IMG/VR virus record: IMGVR_UViG_3300047554_000685
Span: 1-64,000 of that record
Reading direction: 5' to 3' (one strand)
Length of the DNA: 64,000 nucleotides
From: a virus
Of the stretch, positions 37,485 through 45,440 are shown one piece after another. Under the pieces are notes generated by a model. It was not told the origin of the DNA. It made no database searches and saw nothing but the letters and a program-made list of their open reading frames with translations. Numbering within the stretch: position 1 is the stretch's first letter; the number at the start of each line of letters is the position of its first letter. A program made the translations under genes and the position numbers.

Positions 37485-37773
37485 TGTCGTTTCTCCTTTC
37501 CCTATGCTCCAAGATTACACTAGTCCTGCGACAAACGCAAACAACTTCGAATGAATCCGCGAGCGCGTTTCGATCAAAATTAGCTGCGTCAAGCTCCGGT
37601 CCGGCCAGGGCAGCTCTGATCGATCACCGCGAGCGCGGCCATAATCCAGACAAAAGAAAAACGGTAGCAATTGGGGGGAATTGCTACCGCTCTCTTTGCG
37701 AAAGGTGAAAGGGGGATAACTCCTTTCGCTATTCCTTAGGCGAGTAATCTCGAGCCTAAGCAACTCTTCTAGT

Positions 37774-38121
37774 TTACACAGAATTGTCTTTCAGCGCAAA
37801 TTCTGTATTCACTTCACCTTGATACTCGTATTCGCCATTGTCTGCGTTTACGGTAATTGTGTCATTGTCCACCCAAGCAGAACCTTCTTCGTATCCATAG
37901 GCGTCGATACCGAAAGACAACTTACCTTCGTATCCACCGAGCGCGACCGCGAACTCATAGAAAATCTGCGCGGTGAGATAGTTCACATCGCCGATTCGGT
38001 CTGTGCGTGCGAGCACATTGCGAACTGCCACCAAGTTATCTCCACCCGACCAGTGTCCATAAAGTGTAATCGGCGCTTTGAAATTCTTGCTATTGATTAC
38101 GATTAGCGACCTGTCTCCCAT
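37774..38121 (-). CDS. hypothetical protein, 'MGDR...YGHWSG' family
   Basis: Similar N-terminal pattern to 40086..40610. Confidence 0.7.
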   Translation of the reverse strand: MGDRSLIVINSKNFKAPITLYGHWSGGDNLVAVRNVLARTDRIGDVNYLTAQIFYEFAVALGGYEGKLSFGIDAYGYEEGSAWVDNDTITVNADNGEYEYQGEVNTEFALKDNSV

Positions 38122-38330
38122 TATGCCACCGCCACCCATTTGACAGCGGTGCGTAGCAAGTTGTCATAATCGCCACTTGTGCTCTCGGCGTAGTATTCGT
38201 CAATTTCTTCTTTTGAAACTCCAGCGTCTTTCAGCGCGCTAGCAACACGACCCATAATCGCGAAAGCATTTCCATCTTCCCCGACCAACTGAACTTGAAC
38301 ATCTGGATACTTCGGCTCTCCAAAACTCAT
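38121..38330 (-). CDS. conserved phage hypothetical ('GEDGNAFAIMG...SGDYDNLL')
   Basis: Recognisable motif; own promoter. Confidence 0.8.
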   Translation of the reverse strand: MSFGEPKYPDVQVQLVGEDGNAFAIMGRVASALKDAGVSKEEIDEYYAESTSGDYDNLLRTAVKWVAVA

Positions 38331-38489
38331 TTTTCTTTCCCTACTTTCCTAGGCAATTTGCCTAATACAAAGATACTGTATTTTGCTTTTTAGCGCAACT
38401 TCAAACGAACACTAATTTTGTGTCTTGTGATCGATCGACCAGGGCGACTGGTTTCGATCCGCGAGCGCGGCCGTAGCCGAGCTCACCCC

Positions 38490-38885
38490 CTAGTCTTCGT
38501 CTTCTTCGTCTTCGTCTTCGTAGTCATTACAAACACCAGCGCAACCGCGCTCACCACAATCTTCGCAATCTTCTTCTTCGAATTGCCCGATTAGAGTTTC
38601 GAAACCTTCGTTAGCATCCACACCTTCTGGCATAGTAGAGACCGCGCTCACAAAACGTAGCCCACAACTTTCTTCATACCAGTGCTTGACTTTCTCCAAC
38701 ATCTTGTCCGCGCTCATTGCGTATTTGGTGATAAGACCTTCTGTATCAGTCCCATCCCCATAGCCATACTCGCGCATAAGCGAGACTTGCTCATCGTCCA
38801 TAAGCACGTAAATCTTGTGGCAAGTGTCCCAAGCAATCGCCTTGGCGTCTACCAATCGTTCTTCAACCAAATCAAAGTTTGTCAT
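38490..38885 (-). CDS. acidic hypothetical protein with C-terminal Cys cluster
   Basis: Own promoter and RBS. Confidence 0.8.
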   Translation of the reverse strand: MTNFDLVEERLVDAKAIAWDTCHKIYVLMDDEQVSLMREYGYGDGTDTEGLITKYAMSADKMLEKVKHWYEESCGLRFVSAVSTMPEGVDANEGFETLIGQFEEEDCEDCGERGCAGVCNDYEDEDEEDED

Positions 38886-38980
38886 TTCATTTCCCTTTCT
38901 TTTTAGGCTTTTTGCCTACCTAAAAGATACCGCATTTTAGGACAACACGCAACATCCAACGAACATTTTTTTTCGTGTCT

Positions 38981-39155
38981 TGATCGATCGACCAGCTCCC
39001 AAGTCATCTAACTTCCAACGAATTAGTTGCGGCTTGTTAGATCTGGATCACCGGTAATCACCTGGCTAGATCTCCCTGGTCCGGCCCCGGCGATCAGATC
39101 AATCTAAGCTGCGTGATCAGCTGCGCCATAGATCTAGATCAGCTCCGGTCCGGGT
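38981..39155. repeat. GATC-dense spacer
   Basis: 10 GATC, 5 CCGG, 4 AGCT, 2 CCTGG in ~175 bp. Confidence 0.9.
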
Positions 39156-39194
39156 AAAAAGAAACCCTGGCCGAAGCCAGGGCTCTTTGTATGA

Positions 39195-39251
39195 CTACCG
39201 GTTTGGGCAGTCTCCATGGTCATGGCCACAGCATGGAAAGTCTTCGCACAT
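39195..39251 (-). CDS. 18-aa Cys/His micropeptide MCEDFPCCGHDHGDCPNR
   Basis: Between TTGACA-17-TAAGTT promoter (39284-39312) with purine-rich RBS and terminator 39157-39187. Confidence 0.55.
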   Translation of the reverse strand: MCEDFPCCGHDHGDCPNR

Positions 39252-39568
39252 CTTGCACCCCCTATCTCCCTTTCTAACTCCAAACTTACCACCCAACCCA
39301 AAACGTGTCAAGTCTATTTTGATAACAGATTGATAACACTCGCGAGCTGCTTCGAGCTGCGACTGAGCTGCGCCAGCTCCGGTAAAACTTCCAACGAGCT
39401 GCGACTAAGCTGCAATGCCAGCTGCTGCGATTCGCTTCATAACTTCTAACGAACAACCACACCCATTCGATCCGGCTCCGGTCCAGGCAAGCCCGGCGGA
39501 TCGACCAACAACCGAGCAAGACGAAACCCCCCAGTCTTTCGACTGAGGGGGCTTGCGACCTCCCGACC

Positions 39569-39868
39569 CTACTTCTTTTTGAGAGTGTTGAGGGTTAGAA
39601 CATCAGTGAACTTGACCAGTGCCTCATAAGCCTCTGGATAGGTTGCCTCAAAGTCGTCCCAATCGTTGATTGAGCGACGGGTGCTTTCCACGACCTCGGC
39701 GATAATCACGCCAGCCTTGTCAGCAATCTCAACAGCAGTGTTGCCAGTCGCTCCAAGAACCGACTTGCGAATTACGCTCTCACGAGCAGATAGTTCAGCC
39801 TTTGCTTCACGAACCTCAATGAGTTCGTCAATCAGGGCTACAACATCAACGACAACAGCCTTAGCCAT
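39569..39868 (-). CDS. paralog of 33788..34090
   Basis: Direct protein similarity; GAAAGGA RBS. Confidence 0.85.
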   Translation of the reverse strand: MAKAVVVDVVALIDELIEVREAKAELSARESVIRKSVLGATGNTAVEIADKAGVIIAEVVESTRRSINDWDDFEATYPEAYEALVKFTDVLTLNTLKKK

Positions 39869-40085
39869 TTTCGTCCTTTCCCTAGAAATCAAGCCAACCT
39901 TGTGTTCGCTTGTAATACCAAGCCTAGTCTGCTACTTTTCGCAAGTCAAGCCCAAACAGCATTATTTTTATAACAGGTTTATAACGGAAATTTTTAATCT
40001 GATCGATCAGCTGCAACCAGCGATCGCCAGGATCTCGGGCAAAAGAAAACCCCCACATTTCTGCGGGGGCAATCTTTTGTAGCGA

Positions 40086-40610
40086 CTAGACGCGAGACTC
40101 GCTTGAGTTGTAGCAACCCTTCACAAACTCTTCGTTCGTGCTTGGAAAGTTGTAGAGGTCAAACTCGGCACAAGGTTCGGCTGACCCAGCGTAAACCTTG
40201 AGAGTGTGAACATCAAGGTCAATCACATAAGCCCACTCGCAAAACAAAGTGTCCTGCAAGAATGCCATTTCGTTGACCAATGGCACACGCTCGGTTGCGT
40301 TGGCGACTAGTTCCAAAATCTCGGCGCAAGTGTCGCGAGAGAGACTTGGATAGGCTTCGCCAAATGCTTGACCTTGCTCCATAGTCATCCAACCATCTTC
40401 GTTCGAATACTTCGAGTAGATAGCCTTGAGTTCGTTTTCATCTGCCCAGTAAGCCTTGTCCAAGTTTGCTTCGAGTTTCGCAACTCCAGCGTGCTTGACA
40501 AATTCATAGACAGTAGTTCCCTGACCTTCAGGGTATCCATCCCATTGGCCATACTGCGCGATTACAGGTTCGCCATTTTTGATAACGGCGGTAAGGTTTC
40601 GAGTTCCCAT
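40086..40610 (-). CDS. conserved phage hypothetical ('MGTR...YGQWDGYP...EWAYVIDLD')
   Basis: RBS GAAAGGGAAA; recognisable motif. Confidence 0.8.
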   Translation of the reverse strand: MGTRNLTAVIKNGEPVIAQYGQWDGYPEGQGTTVYEFVKHAGVAKLEANLDKAYWADENELKAIYSKYSNEDGWMTMEQGQAFGEAYPSLSRDTCAEILELVANATERVPLVNEMAFLQDTLFCEWAYVIDLDVHTLKVYAGSAEPCAEFDLYNFPSTNEEFVKGCYNSSESRV

Positions 40611-40793
40611 TGTTTCCCTTTCAGTAGCCACCTTGACTACATCTAAATTATTGCATAGACCTGCGACATTTTGCAACAACCAACCAAGGTTTTTTTCAGC
40701 TGCGTCCGGCACGATCGCGAGCTTGATCGATCAGACCTGGCAGAAGAAAACCCCGCGGGCTGCGAGAGCTGCGGGGTTGACTTCGAACGAATA

Positions 40794-41024
40794 CTAGTTA
40801 GGTGAGCCAGTGAACTTTTCCACGAAAGCATTCACCTGCGGGGCAAAGGTAAAAACCAAAGCCACGACAATTCCAATCAGAACTCCATTCTGAAAAGTTT
40901 CGGTAATGGTTTGATTACTCTCGCCACCAGCCAGCAACATCAACAGATAGAAAAAGCACCAAGCACCAGCCACGAATGGAATTGAGATAATTCCAACGAT
41001 TGCTCTGCGAATGTAAAACTTCAT
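40794..41024 (-). CDS. small 2-TM membrane protein
   Basis: Hydrophobic helices; own promoter. Confidence 0.75.
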   Translation of the reverse strand: MKFYIRRAIVGIISIPFVAGAWCFFYLLMLLAGGESNQTITETFQNGVLIGIVVALVFTFAPQVNAFVEKFTGSPN

Positions 41025-41216
41025 TTTTCCCTACTTTCCGTAGCAACTTGCTACATAACTAATTTACCATCAACTGATAAAAAAGCAAGAACCAACGAAG
41101 AAAACTTTCCACGAACTCGAGATCTTCCGGCCTTGGTGATCGATCTAAGCTGCAGCTCTCAACCACCGGCCAAAAGAAAACGCCCACTCTCGCGAGTGAG
41201 CGTTCCCTGTTTGCGA

Positions 41217-41453
41217 TTACTCGCTTTGGCTTGGCATTTTCTTAGTTGCCAATTCCATTAGGTAAGCAATGACTTCCATTACTTGACCCAACTTGTCCCA
41301 GTCATGGGCTTTGGCAAGTTGCTCGGCATACTCAGACATAACTGCGCTTGCCCTTACCAAAGGTTCTACTGCGTCAATGATTTCGTTTGACTTGGTTAGC
41401 GTTGCGTCAAGTTCTGCCAACGCGGTGTCTAGCGGTGTGTTCATGTTTCCCAT
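41217..41453 (-). CDS. hypothetical protein
   Basis: Own promoter and terminator. Confidence 0.65.
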   Translation of the reverse strand: MGNMNTPLDTALAELDATLTKSNEIIDAVEPLVRASAVMSEYAEQLAKAHDWDKLGQVMEVIAYLMELATKKMPSQSE

Positions 41454-41575
41454 TCTGTTGGATACTTTCCAACTAGTTCAAATGTAGCATAGACGACTGA
41501 CATTTTGCGACAAGTTTGAAAACTTTTTTCGGGCCGGTGATCGCCAGGCGGATCGATCCGGCGAGCGCCGCGCCC

Positions 41576-41794
41576 CTAGTCTTTTGCTAGACGCTTCGTG
41601 TTCAAAAGGTCTAACGCATCTAGATAGTATTTCCTATCGTCATCTTCAATCCACTCGTTTGCGTCTGTGTCCCAAACTTGCTCATCTTCACTAAACCGCG
41701 CCGAATAAGTATCATCTGCGATAAAAACTTCTTTGTCATCTAAATCAACGCCAATGACAAAAAATACCTGCTTGCTCAATCTATTTCCTCTCAA
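41576..41794 (-). CDS. acidic hypothetical protein
   Basis: Downstream of HicA-like gene; start may be ~41779. Confidence 0.6.
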   Translation of the reverse strand: MRGNRLSKQVFFVIGVDLDDKEVFIADDTYSARFSEDEQVWDTDANEWIEDDDRKYYLDALDLLNTKRLAKD

Positions 41795-41987
41795 TCGTGA
41801 TTCCGTGTCGGCGAAGTTCCGACACTAGGTTTTTGACGGCACGCCCGTCTGACGGCGTAGACGCGGAAAAAACTATTTGCCCACTTGGCGAAGTCCACTT
41901 CAAGTGTCCACCACCAGTTAGAGTAACGACCCAGCCCTTAGACTCGGCGACCTTGACTATCTGCTTGAATTCTTTTCTGTTCGACAT
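41781..41987 (-). CDS. HicA-like dsRBD-fold protein (leaderless)
   Basis: 'GWVVTLTGGGHLKWTSPSG..VFSASTPSD.RAVKN...LRRHGI'. Confidence 0.75.
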   Translation of the reverse strand: MSNRKEFKQIVKVAESKGWVVTLTGGGHLKWTSPSGQIVFSASTPSDGRAVKNLVSELRRHGITIERK

Positions 41988-42153
41988 ACTTCAAATGTAG
42001 CACCACCCACTGACATTTTCAACGACACGCCTAAAACTTTTTTCGAGCTTCGATCCCTGCAGCTTACCACCGGCACCACCGCGGATCGACCAACGCCTGG
42101 AAATAAGTGGCGAGCAGTTTTACAACTTGCTCAGGTTGGGTGTGGCTTCGAGG

Positions 42154-42543
42154 CTAAACGAGTTCGTCCTCAGGCTCAGCCTCGCGAACCAAGACCGTAC
42201 GAGTGAAAACCGAAGTTCCCCAAGTCAAGTCATGCCCCATTGAAGTCGCCTCAACCTCAACCGAGGTTCCCGAACGCTCACCGTTATCCCAATCGCGAAC
42301 GCGAAGTGTGCCAGTGACGGTGATACGGTCGCCCTTGTTCACCGAGCCAGCGACATTGATAGCAAGTTGCTTGAACGCGGTAATGGTGAACCAGTTGGTC
42401 TCACCGTCTACCCACTTGTTTTGCTCGCGGTCAAACTTGCGGTATGAACTTGCGAGACGGAATGAAGTAATCGGCAGGCCGTCCTGAGTTACGAGGTGGC
42501 GAGGTGTTGTGGCAACTAGGCCAGTGACAGATACAGTTTCCAT
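42154..42543 (-). CDS. ssb: single-stranded DNA-binding protein
   Basis: 'ITSFRLAS..R.FDR...WVDGETNWFTIT.F..LA.NV..S..KGD.I.V.G.L..R.W', actinobacterial-type SSB. Confidence 0.92.
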   Translation of the reverse strand: METVSVTGLVATTPRHLVTQDGLPITSFRLASSYRKFDREQNKWVDGETNWFTITAFKQLAINVAGSVNKGDRITVTGTLRVRDWDNGERSGTSVEVEATSMGHDLTWGTSVFTRTVLVREAEPEDELV

Positions 42544-42778
42544 TGTTTCCCTTTGATAGTTTCCAAGTGAACTTTTGTCCACCCTTGGATTTTAGCATAG
42601 CGAGCCGACATTACGCAACTTCCCACGAGAGCCTTTTTTCGTTGGAAGTTCCGACGGTAGCCCCCGCCTGGATCGACCAAACCGCGAGCGCGAAATCCAT
42701 TGATCCGGTTCAGCTGCAACCACGCCAAACAAGAAACCCCCGCCCGACGGCGAGGGTTCTTGCTTTTTAGGGAAACGA

Positions 42779-43252
42779 CTACCAACTGGATTGGTATTCG
42801 AAATCGTAATCCTTCAGACTTTCCGAAGTCAAAAGGTGGTTCAGCATTTCGGCGGTGTACTTCACGCCTTCGTAGTACCACTCATCAAGGTCAGTACTTC
42901 CGAAGAAGAAACCACTCTGTGGTGGTAGCAACTCATCAGCCTTCGTGGCATCAGCCAATACAGTCTGGCACGCCTCAAGAAGTTCAGCCAGTTGCTCACG
43001 AGATACCCAAGCCTTCTGGCACTCATCACGACCACCCTGAACATTCTGAACAAACCAGTTGTGAATGGCGTTCGCCTTGCGCCAGTACCCCACGCTAATT
43101 TCAATGGTGGCACTTGGGTTGCCATACTCCAAGTCTGACTTGGTCAAGCCACTAGCAGATAGCACTTCAGCGTACGCCTGCTTCTCTGGCTCTTTGTTGA
43201 AATCGTAGCCACTCACATACTTGCGAGCAGATAGATACATATCTAGTCCCAT
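42779..43252 (-). CDS. conserved phage hypothetical ('MGLDMYL...YWRKANAIHNWF...YQSSW')
   Basis: Recognisable widespread phage family. Confidence 0.85.
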   Translation of the reverse strand: MGLDMYLSARKYVSGYDFNKEPEKQAYAEVLSASGLTKSDLEYGNPSATIEISVGYWRKANAIHNWFVQNVQGGRDECQKAWVSREQLAELLEACQTVLADATKADELLPPQSGFFFGSTDLDEWYYEGVKYTAEMLNHLLTSESLKDYDFEYQSSW

Positions 43253-43327
43253 TGGACTTCCCTTTCCCTACGCCCTACTCTTTTTCAGGCACGCCACCAG
43301 TTTACACTAAGTCAGCAAAAATACAAA

Positions 43328-43630
43328 CTATTTGGCGAAAGTTTTTTGACCTAGATCGACCAGCAGCTCCTCAACAGTATCTGGAATCTGATACCCACCA
43401 ACCAAGATCCCGGCACGAATAATCATTTCTCCGGTGCTAAGTGATAGAGCTGCGGCCCAGGACGATACAACTTCGGAAGAAGCTTCTTTCTGTCCACGCT
43501 CAAGCTCACTAAGGTATCCGAGTGCCATCTTCGCACTAGCTGCAACTTGGCGTAGAGTCAAGCCTTGATCGATCCGTTCCTCGCGAGCAATGTGTCCAAG
43601 GGCTTCGCGGTAAAGAATTTCATTTTTCAT
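43328..43630 (-). CDS. XRE-family HTH regulator, ClgR-like (leaderless)
   Basis: 'TLRQVAASAKMALGYLSELERGQKEASSE'; TTGACG-17-TACGCT promoter 6 nt before ATG 43630. Confidence 0.85.
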   Translation of the reverse strand: MKNEILYREALGHIAREERIDQGLTLRQVAASAKMALGYLSELERGQKEASSEVVSSWAAALSLSTGEMIIRAGILVGGYQIPDTVEELLVDLGQKTFAK

Positions 43631-43716
43631 ACGATCAGCGTAGTGCACGCACGCCTATCCGTCAAACAAAAAACACCAGCAGCTCTCTCGCTACTGGTGC
43701 TTTCTGTCCGTTAGGG

Positions 43717-44574
43717 CTAGGCAACCTCGGTCAAGGTTGGATAGACACGCACGCCGTCTTCTTCAACCCACGCCACGCTATCCTCACTAATCCGCACGCC
43801 GTTTGGTTGTTCGGCATTAGTGAAGTTTTCCAGCACGCCGTTCGCAATCTCCCACGCCGATTCAGCCGACTTCGCCGTAATCCGAATTACTTGCCGAACT
43901 ACAACCTCGAACTCCTTTTCGGGACGAGGGCAGTCGTCATACCAATACTCGTCGTCGTCAGGGTCGCTCGCACAATTACAGGAATCTTCCCTGTCCCTGT
44001 CCACATAATCTTGGTGGCTGTCGGGGATGTCCCATTCCTTAGTCATAATCAAGGAACGCTCGCCCTCCTCGTCGCCGTCCGAAGAAGTGAACTCCGCACC
44101 CCAGCCCTGCTCTTCCTCACTCCAAAAGTCGAAGTCCAGCGTTGGGAACTTCCGAACAATCGCATTGAAGACTGGCTCGGGAATACTCCACGCCGTATTG
44201 AACGAATAGCCCAGCGAGGTTTCGCTGTCGTCATTCAAGTCAGCGTCGCAAGCGTCCCACTTAGTTCCCCACTCACGAACATTCCAGTCATACCAACCAT
44301 TCGACGAGAACTTCATTGAGTAAGCGAGTTGTTCCTCTGAAGTCATTTTGTCGTAGCCCTCTGGCTTGTAGTCGCTTGCCCCGAAGTAGAGTGCCTTGTC
44401 CTCTGGCTCAACAAAATTCCAGAACGAGAACACCTCCTCCTTGTCGTCGTAAGTTAGCGAACCAGTTTGGCTGTCGAATCCAGTTGGTGCTTTTCGTCCT
44501 GCCAGTTCCTTGAACTCAGCAATCTTTTCCTTTGAACCTGAAACGCTCAGGGTGTTGTAAACCCAGTTTGGCAT
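43717..44574 (-). CDS. DUF1281 / YubB ferredoxin-like domain protein
   Basis: 'MPNWVYN', 'WYDWN..EWGTKWD', 'FNTAWS.P'. Confidence 0.8.
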   Translation of the reverse strand: MPNWVYNTLSVSGSKEKIAEFKELAGRKAPTGFDSQTGSLTYDDKEEVFSFWNFVEPEDKALYFGASDYKPEGYDKMTSEEQLAYSMKFSSNGWYDWNVREWGTKWDACDADLNDDSETSLGYSFNTAWSIPEPVFNAIVRKFPTLDFDFWSEEEQGWGAEFTSSDGDEEGERSLIMTKEWDIPDSHQDYVDRDREDSCNCASDPDDDEYWYDDCPRPEKEFEVVVRQVIRITAKSAESAWEIANGVLENFTNAEQPNGVRISEDSVAWVEEDGVRVYPTLTEVA

Positions 44575-44576
44575 TT

Positions 44577-44864
44577 TTAGTTCTCCTCTCCAGTTAGGTT
44601 GTGTTCCTCAATCAAGTTGTCAATGGTTAGACCAGCGTGAATCTTCACGCTCTCTAGGTGAATGGTTAGTTCTTCGTTTCCAAACTTGCGTGCCAGCATA
44701 CAAGCAAGTTCCAACGAACGATACATCAGTGGGTCAGCGTATCCTTGCTCGCAGTAGTTCTCGACAAGAACACCAAGAGCAGTCAAGGCGATACCAGCAA
44801 TCTGGTGGTCGTCCAAGTCCATACCCTCGATTTGGTTTTCTAGGTTTTCGCAGTTATCGCACAT
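44577..44864 (-). CDS. hypothetical protein
   Basis: GAAAGGGAAA RBS before ATG 44864. Confidence 0.7.
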   Translation of the reverse strand: MCDNCENLENQIEGMDLDDHQIAGIALTALGVLVENYCEQGYADPLMYRSLELACMLARKFGNEELTIHLESVKIHAGLTIDNLIEEHNLTGEEN

Positions 44865-44987
44865 TGGTCGTTTCCCTTTCTCTAGCGATAATTCGATTGT
44901 AGCAGAGTATTGCGACAAAACAAACACATTCATTGGAAGTTTCGTGGCAGCTTTCGCCAGGTCCGGCGCAGCTTGTGATCGATCGAT

Positions 44988-45257
44988 CTAGTCTTCTTGG
45001 TCAAAAGCTTCTCGGCGAACTTGGTTCATCTCGAGATCGTCTTCGATACATAGGCAGGTATCACATAGGAAATACCCCAAGTAGTTGTAGTTCCAGTGAG
45101 TAACAACGGCCGCGCAATCTACGCACCGGACTGATTCCCCGGGCGCACCGCAGACGTGGATAGTGTCATCATTTTCGATCCCGTAGAACAACTCAACGAA
45201 ATCATCTTCATTCAGTTCTTCATTCATGATCCCTAGCGTATCCGCTAACCCTGACAT
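44988..45257 (-). CDS. acidic Cys-rich hypothetical protein
   Basis: ORF track; CxxC pairs. Confidence 0.5.
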   Translation of the reverse strand: MSGLADTLGIMNEELNEDDFVELFYGIENDDTIHVCGAPGESVRCVDCAAVVTHWNYNYLGYFLCDTCLCIEDDLEMNQVRREAFDQED

Positions 45258-45440
45258 TTCCCGGGCGATCGATCAGCAGCTTTTCTCGCGCACGCCAGCA
45301 CGCCACCGTCAGTCCGGGCAAAACGAAATCCCTACCAGCGGGGGAACTGATAGGGATTTCTAATCCGTTAGCGGAGAGCGATTTTGGAAAGGGGGAAACG
45401 AGTTTGCTCAATCCGCTAACGGACTTCTTAGGCACGCCGA

